A DNA stretch of 64,000 bases from Candidatus Amesbacteria bacterium (GCA_027331445.1 DAHWUD010000002.1:13018-77017), one strand, 5' to 3'; numbered from the stretch's first letter, positions 31,213-41,936 are shown. Program-made: numbers and translations. The notes: a model not told the origin generated them from the letters alone.

Positions 31213-32059
31213 AGTTATACCCTACCCTGGCCGCCAACTCCTCTGCCGTCTTTTTGACTACCAAACTTCCCGCCGCCGCTGCCAGCAATGGCGGATTTTT
31301 AGCCAGCAGCCCCACAATCACCCCCGCCAGCACGTCTCCGGTCCCCCCGTGTGTCAAGCCCGCGTTTCCGCCGTCGATCTCGTAAGTCGTTTCCCCGTCG
31401 CTCACGTACCCCACCGCTCCCTTCTGCACCACCACACAATGATGCCTCTTAGCAAATTCTTCGATAGAACTCCCCCCCTCCTCCTCTTTGATTAAAGAGA
31501 GGGGGTCCCGCAGGACGGAGGAGTTCAAAATTTCCCATTCTTTACGATTTGGCGTTACTATGGCCTCTTTTGGTATCCAAGCAGGATCCATCACCTGCAA
31601 ACTTCCCCCATCAATTACCCATTTTTTATGGGGAAACTTGGACAATAGATCGCGAGTTAATTTCCTCGTTTCTCTACCCGCGCCGTCCAACAAATCCATT
31701 TCCTTCTGACTAGCCGATCCCTCTTTTTTAAACCTCATCAAACCCGGACCGATCAGGACCGCATCTGACTTCTCAATATATTTACCCAAGTCTTTCCACG
31801 GTACCCAGATAAACGAGCTCAGGCCTACTTTTATCTGGGCCACTACCTCCGCCAGACTCGGCTCAGGAGACGCAAAAAATACCATGTCTGCTATCCTGGA
31901 AGCAGTTTTAAGCGACAATATCGGCGCCCCATGAAATAGGCTCGACCCCCCGATTATCGTCACCTGCCCATTATCTTCACCTTGTGAATCTACTCTCGGC
32001 ACCCACAGCTTTCTCAAGTCCTCCGCAATAAACTTAATCACAAATTTATTATATTCCAC
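31148..32059 (-). CDS. nnrD: ADP-dependent NAD(P)H-hydrate dehydratase (YjeF C-terminal domain family)
   Basis: 303 aa. Carbohydrate-kinase-like fold with GTGDVLAGVIVGLLA motif. Confidence 0.8.
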   Translation of the reverse strand: MEYNKFVIKFIAEDLRKLWVPRVDSQGEDNGQVTIIGGSSLFHGAPILSLKTASRIADMVFFASPEPSLAEVVAQIKVGLSSFIWVPWKDLGKYIEKSDAVLIGPGLMRFKKEGSASQKEMDLLDGAGRETRKLTRDLLSKFPHKKWVIDGGSLQVMDPAWIPKEAIVTPNRKEWEILNSSVLRDPLSLIKEEEGGSSIEEFAKRHHCVVVQKGAVGYVSDGETTYEIDGGNAGLTHGGTGDVLAGVIVGLLAKNPPLLAAAAGSLVVKKTAEELAARVGYNFNADDVAEKVFEVMKQEEDRI

Positions 32060-32994
32060 CCGTCCTTCGGCACCAGGCTTTTTTCCGCCGTCGTCATCAC
32101 CACCTGTCCTTCATAATTTTTTACTACCTCCACCACCTCCTCCCGATGTTTATAGTCTAATTCCGAAAAAATATCGTCGAGCAGCAACATCGGCTCTCCA
32201 CCCAAATATTTTATTTCGCACTGTTTCAACCACCACACCGTCATTCTCTGTTCTCCCCGGCTGCCGTATTTAGATACGTCTTTACCCTCCCACTTCAGCA
32301 CGAAATCATCCCGGTGCGGACCCACCAAAGTCGATCCTGCTGCCACCTCTTCCGCCTCGTATTGTTTCAGCCTTATCTCCGAAATTACACTCCTGTCATA
32401 AAAAAATCCGGTCGCATCCAAAAATTCCTGCCTTTTCCGGGTTATATATTCGCCGTCTTTAATAAGCAGCCTGTCCCAAAACCACAATTGGTTCCTTTCC
32501 GCTTCCCCGTCCCTGATCAAGTCCAAAAGCCTGTTTCTCTGCCTCAGCCCCTTCTCATAACTGACAGCGCATCTTCTATATTCTCTGTCCGTCTGGGAAA
32601 TCACCATATCCAGGTACCTTCTCCGCCCGGATGGGTTTCCCGTCACCAGTTCCATATCTGCGGGCCCAAACATCACGGCTCTCACCCGCCCCATGGCATC
32701 TATCATCCTCCTGGGTACTCCGTTCACCTCAAATTTTTTTCGCCCTTCATTCATTATCACCGTAATTTCATCTTCGCTTTTCCCCGTCACCCTAAAAAAA
32801 CTCTCCCTATATCTCAGCATCTCTATGTCTGCATCCGCCCGAAAACTCTTCCCCACAGCTAATAAATAAATCGCCTCAACTAAATTACTCTTTCCGCTCC
32901 CATTGGGTCCCACCACCAGTGTCCTATGTTCCAACTCAAATTCCCTTTTTTGATAACTTCTAAAATTTTGTATTTGTATCCTATTTATCTTCAT
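32038..32994 (-). CDS. recF: DNA replication and repair protein RecF
   Basis: 318 aa. N-terminal Walker A GPNGSGKSN, SMC-like signature, Walker B LLLDDIFSELD. Confidence 0.9.
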   Translation of the reverse strand: MKINRIQIQNFRSYQKREFELEHRTLVVGPNGSGKSNLVEAIYLLAVGKSFRADADIEMLRYRESFFRVTGKSEDEITVIMNEGRKKFEVNGVPRRMIDAMGRVRAVMFGPADMELVTGNPSGRRRYLDMVISQTDREYRRCAVSYEKGLRQRNRLLDLIRDGEAERNQLWFWDRLLIKDGEYITRKRQEFLDATGFFYDRSVISEIRLKQYEAEEVAAGSTLVGPHRDDFVLKWEGKDVSKYGSRGEQRMTVWWLKQCEIKYLGGEPMLLLDDIFSELDYKHREEVVEVVKNYEGQVVMTTAEKSLVPKDGWNIINL

Positions 32995-33020
32995 AATTAC
33001 TTCCCCATTATAATAACTTC

Positions 33021-34020
33021 ATGCCTCATACCCAAACCTTGCTCCTTCCCGGCTGGCAATCTTGGACTCCATGTCGCCCTTCTCTTCTCTACTCTCCCCC
33101 CTATATTCACTCACCCTTTGGTGAAACTTCCTGGTCCGTTCAATTACCGCGCAAACATCATCTCAAACCCCCCGCTCGCGGTTGGAACTCCTGGTCTGCC
33201 TTTGGAAAATCCATTTCCGCTGCCAAAATCCTTGATAATGCTCGTCTCCTGTCTCAATACCTGAAATCACCAGAATATGTCGTCATCGATGACGGCTGGA
33301 CATCTTGGGGCAACTGGAATTCTGCATCCCCTGCCAAATTTCCCCAAGGGTTAAAACCTTTGGTCACACATATAAAATCATTAGGCCTAAAAACCGGACT
33401 CTGGTTAGCCCCTTTCCTTACATATCAAACCACCCCAACCAAACTACGCATCTTTCCTTACAAATATCTAATTGATTTGGAAAACCCTCACGTCCTCAGA
33501 AACTTGTACCAACAAATAAAAATTATCATCGAAGATTGGGGCATAGACTCCTTAAACTAGACTTTCTTTTTGCCCTCCACTTTCATCCCCGCTACACCTC
33601 CTCTGCCATCCCCAACCAACTCCTTTCCACATTTCTTAACCACCTAAAAACTACCTATCCCCATGTCTATACTATTGCCTGCGGTTGTCCTCTCGGCCCA
33701 GCCGTCGGCCTTGTCGATGCTATGCGCATTAGTAGTGACATCACCATTCCACAGCTCTTTCATCTTTGGCCCCTAAACTCTCTCGTCCACTCGGACCGGC
33801 TTTCCATTCTAGAATCTAATCTAAAGTTCCGATCTTTATCCCAACAAATCTGAAGCCTTGATCCCGACGTCCTAGTCACGTCTCCCAGTACCGGATTCAC
33901 CCCTTCCCAGGTTCATCGCCTAGCTCACCTAATTTCTTCAGCTCGCGGTTTAATATTTTTAGGCGATGACCTCACTAAACTTGGCACTTCGGACAAAAAT
34001 AAGTTCCCCGCCCTCCCATA
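33021..34020 (+). pseudogene. Alpha-galactosidase-like glycoside hydrolase (GH27/melibiase-type) remnant with frameshifts
   Basis: GWNSWSAFG and VVIDDGW motifs are present. ...WGIDSLN stops and continues in another frame as LKLDF (compare the GH27 motif DYLKYDNC). A third frame carries the C-terminal remainder. No intact ORF. Confidence 0.5.
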
Positions 34021-34844
34021 GCCATGCGATGAATTGTTCCCCCATCGTCTCGCAGGCAATGCTCGCCCTCTCTATCATATGTCTTAAAGTGATCCTGATA
34101 ATGCCCACCCAGGCCATGTAAATCAATATATTTAGCATCTGCCGCCGTCGCTCCCCCGTACTTAATTCCTTCCCTCAGCACCTTCTTCACTCCCTCAAAC
34201 AACTCCCTGTATTGTTTTGCCGTCAACGAATTCGCCGGCCGCCGCGGATCCACTTTAGCCTCCCAGCAGGCATCATTGGCATATATATTCCCCACTCCGG
34301 AAATCTTTTCCTGGTCCATCAGCGCCAATTTTATCGGCTTTTTTACTTTCTCAAATATCTTAACAAATCTTTCTTCATCGACATCAAACGGTTCCGGCCC
34401 CAGACTCTTAATAAACTTCAAATTATTTATTTCCTCCGTTTTCCCTGTAATTACCCACCCGAACATCCTCTGGTCATTAAAATACAAAGTTCCCCGGTTC
34501 ATTTTAAAAATTACCCGCGTATGTGTGCTGGGCAGCGGTCCCAAAAAATCTTCCGTCGGATGTCCTCCTACCACCCGATCCTTCCAGGTTTTAGGATTAT
34601 CATCTTTGTCATACACCAGCTGCCCCGTCATTTTAAAGTGAAATGCCATGGACAAGCCGTCACTCAGATCCATCATCAATACCTTGGCCGCCCTTCTCAC
34701 CCCCAGGACTTTCTTTCCTTCCGCCCTCCTTATATCACCTTGCACCGTTTTATTTCCCCTCACGGTTATACTTACGATTTTTAATCCCACCAGTACCTTT
34801 TGCAGCTGTAATTTTACTGTCTCAATTTCAGGCAGTTCCGGCAT
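33975..34844 (-). CDS. mutM: Formamidopyrimidine-DNA glycosylase (Fpg/MutM)
   Basis: 289 aa. N-terminal MPELPEIE, H2TH domain, C-terminal zinc finger CPKCQ. Confidence 0.85.
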   Translation of the reverse strand: MPELPEIETVKLQLQKVLVGLKIVSITVRGNKTVQGDIRRAEGKKVLGVRRAAKVLMMDLSDGLSMAFHFKMTGQLVYDKDDNPKTWKDRVVGGHPTEDFLGPLPSTHTRVIFKMNRGTLYFNDQRMFGWVITGKTEEINNLKFIKSLGPEPFDVDEERFVKIFEKVKKPIKLALMDQEKISGVGNIYANDACWEAKVDPRRPANSLTAKQYRELFEGVKKVLREGIKYGGATAADAKYIDLHGLGGHYQDHFKTYDREGEHCLRDDGGTIHRMAMGGRGTYFCPKCQV

Positions 34845-35940
34845 ATTTACTCACCAATTCTACCATCCTTTTCTTGAATTCTTCCTTTGAAAATCTTTTC
34901 GCCTGTTTTTTTATATATTCTGTATTCCACTTTAATTTATTAAATTTAATTATTGCGGCATTTACACCTTCTAGCGTCAGTTCGTTAACAAACACTCCCG
35001 TCTTATTTCCCTCCACTGTTTCCAAATATCCCCCCTTCCTAAACGCCACCACTGGCATCCCATACATCTGCGGTTCCACCGTCGTCATGCCAAAATCTGC
35101 CTCCGCTTCCAAGGCCAAAAACCCCTTAGCCTGGGCCAATAATTCCGCTTTTCTTTGTTCACTCACTTCACCCAAATATTCCACCATCTGGCCATTTATC
35201 TTACTTACGATTTCCTTTCCACTCGCTCCAATCGGCCTGCCAGCAATTTTCAATTTAAACTTGTATTTATTTGCCGCGGCGACAGCCAGTTCAATATTCT
35301 TACTGCCCACGATTCGCGAAATAATGAGAAAATAATCCCCCTTTTCAGCTTTTTTAAAATCCCGTACCCCCTCAATTGGCGGATAAACCACTTCCGCTTC
35401 TCTTCTATAAAACTTCCTTATTCTGTTGGCCACATTCTTTGAATTCGCGATAAAGGCCAGCGGTCGTTGGGCCAGCTCAAAATCTGTCATTCGCAAAAAA
35501 TGATTAACCGCCGCGGACACCGGCCGCCAATACCATTTGTACCGGGCAGAGGTAGCCGTGGGATAGCCATACAAAAATCTCGGTGGCGTATGACAATAAG
35601 TAATTAGCTTTGTCTGCGGTCCAATTTTTACGGCATTGGGGAAATACCCCCCAGTCTGCGACACGATTACTACGTCGAAATCAGACAAATCCATGCTGGA
35701 AAAAAACTTGGGCGAAATTGCCGTGTAATAACTAATCCAATTTGGTAAAAACGGTAAATATTTTCCCCATGATTCATGAATTTCCCACTTACTCATCACC
35801 CCAGCCATTCGTCCCCAAAATTTAGGAAATTTAAATGCCGTATACACTGGCGCCTCAGGCCAAATTTCTTTAAATGCCGCAAGGACTGCCTCCGCCCCTC
35901 CCGGCTCCTTCAAATAATCATGAACTAAAGCAATTTTCAT
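34828..35940 (-). CDS. Glycosyltransferase family 4 (GT-B, group 1)
   Basis: 370 aa. N-terminal MKIALVHDYL, C-terminal EX7E-like region typical of GT4. Confidence 0.8.
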   Translation of the reverse strand: MKIALVHDYLKEPGGAEAVLAAFKEIWPEAPVYTAFKFPKFWGRMAGVMSKWEIHESWGKYLPFLPNWISYYTAISPKFFSSMDLSDFDVVIVSQTGGYFPNAVKIGPQTKLITYCHTPPRFLYGYPTATSARYKWYWRPVSAAVNHFLRMTDFELAQRPLAFIANSKNVANRIRKFYRREAEVVYPPIEGVRDFKKAEKGDYFLIISRIVGSKNIELAVAAANKYKFKLKIAGRPIGASGKEIVSKINGQMVEYLGEVSEQRKAELLAQAKGFLALEAEADFGMTTVEPQMYGMPVVAFRKGGYLETVEGNKTGVFVNELTLEGVNAAIIKFNKLKWNTEYIKKQAKRFSKEEFKKRMVELVSKYAGTA

Positions 35941-36836
35941 TCAAATAACTTAGCTTGCTTATCATCTAACTTCGCTTCTTCTCCGGTAATTCGTTTAATT
36001 AAACTCTTGTACCCCAGCTCAACTAACACTTTCACTATCGTCTCCTGATCTGGAATTACACATCTTTTTTCCTCCCATGTTACTGGCGCATCCAGTCTGA
36101 TCGTCGCCAATTTTTGCGACAAAATTGCCGCTTCATACCCTTCGGCCAGTTTATTCCGCAGCTTCTCCGGCACATTTTTCAAATTCTCGTACACCTTTTC
36201 CAGCGTTCCATATTCCGCCAACAGGTGCCCCGCCGTCCTGGGTCCAATTCCCGTCACTCCTGGATAATTATCACTGCTGTCTCCCACCAATCCTTTGTAA
36301 TCAATTATTTGGTTTGAATGCACTCCCATCCGCTCCAATACTTTTTCTTCATCCACTATCACCATGTCTGTCATGCCCCTAAGTGGCATATATAACTTTA
36401 CTTTGTTATTAACTAGCTGCATCAAATCCCTATCTCCTGTAATAATTACCACCTCTTCCTCCGCCTGTTTACTAATTGTTCCGATCACATCATCTGCTTC
36501 AAATCCCGGCGCTACAAACACCGGCACCTTCATTTTTTCAAATACGATCTTCAGTTTCTCCACCTGCCCCCAAATATCTTCAGATACCTGCCTCTCCTTT
36601 TCCCGGTTAGTTTGATATCCCACGTACATTGTGTGCCGGAATGTCGGCTCGGGGCTGTCAAAAACAACCGCCAGATGCGTAGGCTTCAGCTCCTCCATCG
36701 CCTTGAGTAGCATCGACAAAAACCCGTATACTCCCGCCGTCGCTTCGCCGCTCCTGTTTCTCCAGTCTGGCAGGGCATAATACGCCCGGTGCAGCACCGC
36801 ATTCCCATCAATTACCAACAGTCTCTTCACACTCAA
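35937..36836 (-). CDS. 5'-3' exonuclease (FEN-like, Pol I N-terminal domain homolog)
   Basis: 299 aa. LLVIDGNAVLHRAYYA start, acidic metal-binding clusters, H3TH motif (GIGPRTA). Confidence 0.8.
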   Translation of the reverse strand: MSVKRLLVIDGNAVLHRAYYALPDWRNRSGEATAGVYGFLSMLLKAMEELKPTHLAVVFDSPEPTFRHTMYVGYQTNREKERQVSEDIWGQVEKLKIVFEKMKVPVFVAPGFEADDVIGTISKQAEEEVVIITGDRDLMQLVNNKVKLYMPLRGMTDMVIVDEEKVLERMGVHSNQIIDYKGLVGDSSDNYPGVTGIGPRTAGHLLAEYGTLEKVYENLKNVPEKLRNKLAEGYEAAILSQKLATIRLDAPVTWEEKRCVIPDQETIVKVLVELGYKSLIKRITGEEAKLDDKQAKLFE

Positions 36837-36844
36837 ATTTTACA

Positions 36845-38761
36845 CTAAGCCGTCATAATCTTTTCAAATTCATCCCCGTCCATGGTTTCGATCTCCATCA
36901 ATCTGGCCACCACGGCATCCATCTTTTTCCGGTATTTGGTCAATATCTCCTCTGCGCTCCGATAGCCCTCATCCAGAATTCCCTTTACCTGCACATCTAT
37001 TTTAGCCTGCATCTCCTGCGATACCGGCGTCTGCTCGTAATATGCGCGGCCCCAGTCCACTACATCCTGCGTCGGTCCGTAATTGACCGGGCCCAAATCG
37101 CTCATCCCATATTCCATTACCATGTCCCTGGCCACTTTTGTCGCTTTATCAATATCATTGGCCGCCCCGGTGGTAATTTCCCCGAATACCAGCTGTTCTG
37201 CCGCCCGCCCGCCCAGCATCATCGCAATCTGGGCGACCAGCCGCTTTTTCGTTTCGTGCACCCGGTCCGTGGTCGGCGGCACCAGCGTATGCCCCAAAGT
37301 CATTCCCCGGGACACAATGGAGATCCGGTGTACCGGATCCATTCCCGGCTGTGCCCAGGACACAATTGCATGCCCTACCTCGTGATACGCCGTCATTCTT
37401 CGCTCGTCTTCCGTCTGCATCCGCCGCTTCTGCGGCCCCAGTTTCACTTTCGTCGCCGCCTCCTCAATATCCTTCATGGAAATCTGCTTCCGATTCTCCC
37501 TGGCCACAGCAATCGCCGCTTCATTCAGCATATTTTCCAAATCCGCCCCGGAAAATCCCACCGTCCGCCGGGCCACTGCTTCCCAGTTAATATTCGCCTC
37601 AAACGGCTTGTTCCGGGCATAAATTCCCAAAATTGCCTTCCGTCCTTCGATGTCGGGCATATCCACCACTACCCGCCGGTCAAATCTTCCGGGCCGCAGT
37701 AAGGCCGGATCCAGCAGATCTCCCCTGTTGGTTGCCGCCAGCACCACCACATTGTCATTGGGGGTAAATCCGTCCATTTCCACCAAAATCTGGTTTAAAG
37801 TTTGCTCCCGCTCGTCATGCCCTCCCGCCAGTCCGTACCCCCTCTGCCGTCCGATCGCATCAATTTCATCGATAAAAATTATTGACGGGGCCGCTTTTTT
37901 CGCCGTCGCAAACAAATCCCGCACCCGGGCGCTTCCCACTCCTACCAGCATTTCCATAAACTCTGACCCCGCCATGGAGAAAAACGGCACTCCCGCCTCC
38001 CCAGCGACGGCCCGGGCCAGCAGGGTCTTTCCCACCCCCGACGGTCCCACGAGTAATACTCCCTTGGGCGTCCGGGCCCCGACCGCCTTATACTTAGCCG
38101 GGTTTTTCAGAAAATCCACCACTTCCTCCAATTCTTCTTTAGCCTCATCTACCCCCGCCACGTCCGCAAACTTTACCTGCTGTTTGCCCTTGTCAAACAA
38201 TTTCGCCCGCGACTGGCCGAAGGAAAAGATCGAGTCCTGCGCCCCCCGCGCCTGTCTGAACATATACAAAAGCACGACCAATACTATTCCCGTGCCGATG
38301 ATGCTGGGCAGCACCGCCGCCACTATTTGCCCCAACGTTTGGTCTTTAATTTCATATTTCACTTTGGTCGGGTCAATCTTGGCCGCATCCAGCATCTGCG
38401 TAAAGCTTTCCGTACCGTCCCGCCGCGAGTACATTACATCCGTGGGGCTGTCTTTGTACGTCAGCGCCAGCCTGTCACCATATACCTCCACCTTATCCAC
38501 TTTCCCGGCCCTGATATCAGCCAGAGCCTGCGACAATTGAATCTCCGTCCCCGCTTTTTGCCCCGACGACCACAATTCCAGAAGCGACAACCCCATCAAA
38601 ACCAGTACCGCCAGCCAGATTAGCTTCTGGAAATCAAACCGCATCTGCACGACTATCCCCTTGACCGGCTTTTTTCCGTTTTTACCCGGTCTTACATTCT
38701 TCACTTCTTTTTCCTGGTCCCTATTTTCCGGGTGATCTTTCTTTAACGCTTTTAGTGCCAT
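36845..38761 (-). CDS. ftsH: ATP-dependent zinc metalloprotease FtsH
   Basis: 638 aa. AAA Walker A GPSGVGKT, SRH, HEVGHA zinc motif. The annotated start gives a 40 aa basic N-terminal extension that overlaps gmhB. The true start may be the internal Met. Confidence 0.95.
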   Translation of the reverse strand: MALKALKKDHPENRDQEKEVKNVRPGKNGKKPVKGIVVQMRFDFQKLIWLAVLVLMGLSLLELWSSGQKAGTEIQLSQALADIRAGKVDKVEVYGDRLALTYKDSPTDVMYSRRDGTESFTQMLDAAKIDPTKVKYEIKDQTLGQIVAAVLPSIIGTGIVLVVLLYMFRQARGAQDSIFSFGQSRAKLFDKGKQQVKFADVAGVDEAKEELEEVVDFLKNPAKYKAVGARTPKGVLLVGPSGVGKTLLARAVAGEAGVPFFSMAGSEFMEMLVGVGSARVRDLFATAKKAAPSIIFIDEIDAIGRQRGYGLAGGHDEREQTLNQILVEMDGFTPNDNVVVLAATNRGDLLDPALLRPGRFDRRVVVDMPDIEGRKAILGIYARNKPFEANINWEAVARRTVGFSGADLENMLNEAAIAVARENRKQISMKDIEEAATKVKLGPQKRRMQTEDERRMTAYHEVGHAIVSWAQPGMDPVHRISIVSRGMTLGHTLVPPTTDRVHETKKRLVAQIAMMLGGRAAEQLVFGEITTGAANDIDKATKVARDMVMEYGMSDLGPVNYGPTQDVVDWGRAYYEQTPVSQEMQAKIDVQVKGILDEGYRSAEEILTKYRKKMDAVVARLMEIETMDGDEFEKIMTA

Positions 38762-39281
38762 AACGTGTTGATTTTACTCCACGTTGTCCCTTCTTACCAT
38801 CTCCCACGATCTGCTTTACGGCCTGAAAAATATTTCCGTTTGTTTCCACCAGTCTCACCTTTGTCCCCGCCGCCAGCCCGCACTCCATATCTGCTACGCT
38901 GTTTCCCACCACCCACGACCGCTCCACATCAATCTTCAGCTCCTCCGCCGCCATTCTCACCAGTCCCGGTTTGGGCTTACGGCATTCACAATTCTCATCC
39001 ACGTTATGAAAGCAGCAATAAAACGCGTCAATATTTCCTCCCAACTTTTCATTCAGTTTTTTATGCATCCCGTGCACATCTTCCTCCCGCATCAATCCCC
39101 TAGCCACCCCCCGCTGGTTAGTTATCACCACCACCAGATACCCGCTTTGTTTAATTAAAGCAAGAGCTTTTTTCGCTTCCGGTAAAATTTTCATTTCTCC
39201 CCAGTTCTTCACATAATCATGCTCCACCGGTTCTTTATTAATTACCCCGTCCCGGTCGAGAAATATCGCCCTTTTCTTCAT
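38721..39281 (-). CDS. gmhB: D-glycero-D-manno-heptose 1,7-bisphosphate phosphatase-like HAD-IIIA hydrolase
   Basis: 186 aa. HAD motif I FLDRDGVIN, TNQ motif II, C-terminal Asp pair. Assignment to gmhB rather than another HAD-IIIA member is an inference. Confidence 0.7.
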   Translation of the reverse strand: MKKRAIFLDRDGVINKEPVEHDYVKNWGEMKILPEAKKALALIKQSGYLVVVITNQRGVARGLMREEDVHGMHKKLNEKLGGNIDAFYCCFHNVDENCECRKPKPGLVRMAAEELKIDVERSWVVGNSVADMECGLAAGTKVRLVETNGNIFQAVKQIVGDGKKGQRGVKSTRYGTKSVKERSPGK

Positions 39282-39285
39282 ATCC

Positions 39286-40419
39286 CTATTTTACCCCCGA
39301 CCTTCTGATTACCCCCGCCTTCTTCATCTGTTCCTCTGCTTCCTTCGCATAATCCTTGTCCAATTTTTGCTCCCTCACCCCAGAAATATATTCTTTCACA
39401 ACTTCTCCCTCAGTCATCTGGACTTTCCACCCGAGACTCTGTAATTTGGAAATGTCCGACACCGCATCCCGGATATCTCCCACCCGATATTCTCCATTCG
39501 CTGTCAATTTTTCCTTCCATCCCACCTCCGCCGCAATCATTTTTGCGAGATTCAGAACGGTGATCCCTTTTCCTCCACCCACATTGAAATTCTCATAGTC
39601 CGCCCTTTCGTCTTCCAGTACGAGCGCATTCGCCCGCGCCACGTCATACACGGAAACATAATCTCTTAATTGCCCCCCGTCTTCATAGATAGACGGCGTC
39701 CGGCCCAAGAGCATTTGCAGGGTAAAAATCCGCAGAGCCCCGGAGTAAGCATCCTTCAATGACTGCCGCGGTCCATGAACTATTGAATATCGCATAGCCA
39801 CTGACGGAATATTATTCAGCCGTCCCAATTTTAAGGCAATCATCTCCTGGGCATATTTAGAAATGGAATATTGGTTCGCCGGGTCCTGATGCGTCTCAAC
39901 CAACTTCAATGACACGACTTCTTTTCCGCAACTTGGACACACTGGTTGCCATTTGCCCCGCTTTAAATTTTCTTCCCGCCGCATCTCGCAATTCACCACC
40001 CCATGAATTTTACACCGACCTCGGCCCTCCCCATAAACGAACTGGGAGGATGCTACGATCACTTTTTTAATTGGCAGTTTTTTCTCCGCTATCAATTCAT
40101 AAATCAAAGCTGTGCTAGTCACGTTGGTATCCATAAACTGACTGTATACAGGCATTAAATCCATCATCGCCGCCAGGTGAATTACATAATCCACGCCCTT
40201 GAGGGCCCGCACCATGGTTGCCCGGCTTCTTACATCCCCCTTAATTTTCTCCCAGCTGGGTCTTACCCAGGCGGGCCATCCGTTAAAATGGGTTTTGGGA
40301 TTCAGGTTATCCAGAATCCTGATTTTGTACCCTCTTTTCTCCAGCTCATCCGCCGTATGACTCCCGATAAACCCCGCTCCCCCGGTAATCAACACCTTTC
40401 TGCGGCTGATCGTACTCAT
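39286..40419 (-). CDS. NAD-dependent epimerase/dehydratase (SDR family) with an inserted CxxC zinc-ribbon segment
   Basis: 377 aa. GGAGFIGSH Rossmann motif, YxxxK, unusual CPSCG insertion. Confidence 0.8.
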   Translation of the reverse strand: MSTISRRKVLITGGAGFIGSHTADELEKRGYKIRILDNLNPKTHFNGWPAWVRPSWEKIKGDVRSRATMVRALKGVDYVIHLAAMMDLMPVYSQFMDTNVTSTALIYELIAEKKLPIKKVIVASSQFVYGEGRGRCKIHGVVNCEMRREENLKRGKWQPVCPSCGKEVVSLKLVETHQDPANQYSISKYAQEMIALKLGRLNNIPSVAMRYSIVHGPRQSLKDAYSGALRIFTLQMLLGRTPSIYEDGGQLRDYVSVYDVARANALVLEDERADYENFNVGGGKGITVLNLAKMIAAEVGWKEKLTANGEYRVGDIRDAVSDISKLQSLGWKVQMTEGEVVKEYISGVREQKLDKDYAKEAEEQMKKAGVIRRSGVK

Positions 40420-40884
40420 AACCGAGATAATATCACAATCATTGACATTAACGGGGATCTTTCATAAACTACAGGTCTATTTACGAAAATGTCTGAAGCC
40501 CTTCCCCTTCCGTCGATACTTGCTGAATTTGCCCAAGCAGACAAACAAGCTTGTCCACATAAAGACAGAATCTTCTGCAAGCACCCCATTTGTTCTATAT
40601 TTCTCATGTTGGATCGAAAAATCCTTCGGGAAATGATTAAATCGGGAGTCAGGTCCACAATGGGAACAGGCGACCTAGAAAAATCCGGGCCGTTTGTGCT
40701 CCCGGATGGTGCAGATATAGCTGCGGCAATTGGCAACCCAATTGCCATGTGTAACCGCCCTAACCAGTGTAACCGATAACTTTCTCTGGGGAAAAACCTC
40801 ATGTTTTGTGCCAAAGATCTTTTGATTGCCGCAAGCGCCTGCTGGCCCTGCACCTGAATAATCCCAAATTAACCCAGATTCGTA

Positions 40885-41874
40885 TTATTTAAAATTTCTC
40901 ACTTCTTCTACACTCATTACATCAATCCTTTTATTACAGCTGGTTACTTGAGACCCGTCATCATATTGAGAGTGGTAATTACCGCTCTTCATACCTTTAA
41001 CCCCATTCATTTCCCGTGCCAAAGTTACATTATGGCCCAAGCTTTCCGCCGCCACCCGTACTTCCGCCTTCTTTTCTTCGCTTTCTTTCATCACAAATGG
41101 TTCACTGGCCCGATAATCAACCTTAATAATCTCTTGGCCTTGGAACCTATCCGAGTTTTCCATTCCCTTACGTACTTCTTCCGTCAGTATTCTTGATCGT
41201 TTCATATGAATTCCCACCGTCACCAAAGTTGCTTCTTTGCAACCCATCTCCTGGGCCCCAATCAACGACACCATTGCATCATGATACGAATTCTCATTTT
41301 CCGGCTCAAATACAAAAGTCACCCTCTCCAATCCTTTCGTACCGTTAATAAGATGATTTACCAATTCCTTGGCATTAATCATCCCCTGAGACCAACCATC
41401 CGGAGCCCACTTCTTCATATCTTCCGTCCTACCAGCCGCCATAAATACCACCGGATCCTTCCCATCAACCAAAGTTTGCCTCACCAATTCAGCCGCAGCC
41501 TTAACGTTGTATTCCGCTCCTGCATACCTAGAATTTCCCGGTTCCTCAGTCAGCCAAGTACTGTTTGGCCTTGCAGTCACATCAACAGGCCAGTTAAAAG
41601 TCGGGTGATCTTCAGGTCCAAAATTTCCTTTGCTCGGATCCCTTACGACTGCCTTCTCCAAAACATGAGTAGGTTTCATCAAATCGACTCTTGCTCCAGA
41701 CTTAACAGAATCAATAACTTTCTGTCGTTTTTGCTCATCTCTTGCAATATTCAGATCCTCAACCTCCACCCCCACCCCTCTTCCAAACACAATTATGGCC
41801 CGTTTTTCTCTGGATCTCGGCTCTATTTCAGATGTAGGTTCAATTTCTACTCTTTTCACTTGGAGACTTGGCAC
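40885..41874 (-). CDS. Hypothetical protein (N-terminal region paralogous to 42194..42646; DUF218/YdcF-like pattern possible)
   Basis: 329 aa. N-terminal AIIVFGRGVG resembles AVIVLLGRGIG of the neighbouring paralog. Confidence 0.4.
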   Translation of the reverse strand: MPSLQVKRVEIEPTSEIEPRSREKRAIIVFGRGVGVEVEDLNIARDEQKRQKVIDSVKSGARVDLMKPTHVLEKAVVRDPSKGNFGPEDHPTFNWPVDVTARPNSTWLTEEPGNSRYAGAEYNVKAAAELVRQTLVDGKDPVVFMAAGRTEDMKKWAPDGWSQGMINAKELVNHLINGTKGLERVTFVFEPENENSYHDAMVSLIGAQEMGCKEATLVTVGIHMKRSRILTEEVRKGMENSDRFQGQEIIKVDYRASEPFVMKESEEKKAEVRVAAESLGHNVTLAREMNGVKGMKSGNYHSQYDDGSQVTSCNKRIDVMSVEEVRNFK

Positions 41875-41936
41875 TTCAATTGATATGAATTCATTATACT
41901 ATAAGATATAAAATAGGTCAATATAAAATATTATAG

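Noticed and set aside
40663-40690. Exact 9-mer GTCAGGTCC matching the SRP RNA domain IV core
   Set aside because: A single 9-mer is expected by chance about 0.5 times in 64 kb on two strands. The flanking sequence does not form the canonical GNRA-capped helix 8. It is kept only as a low-interest ncRNA candidate.
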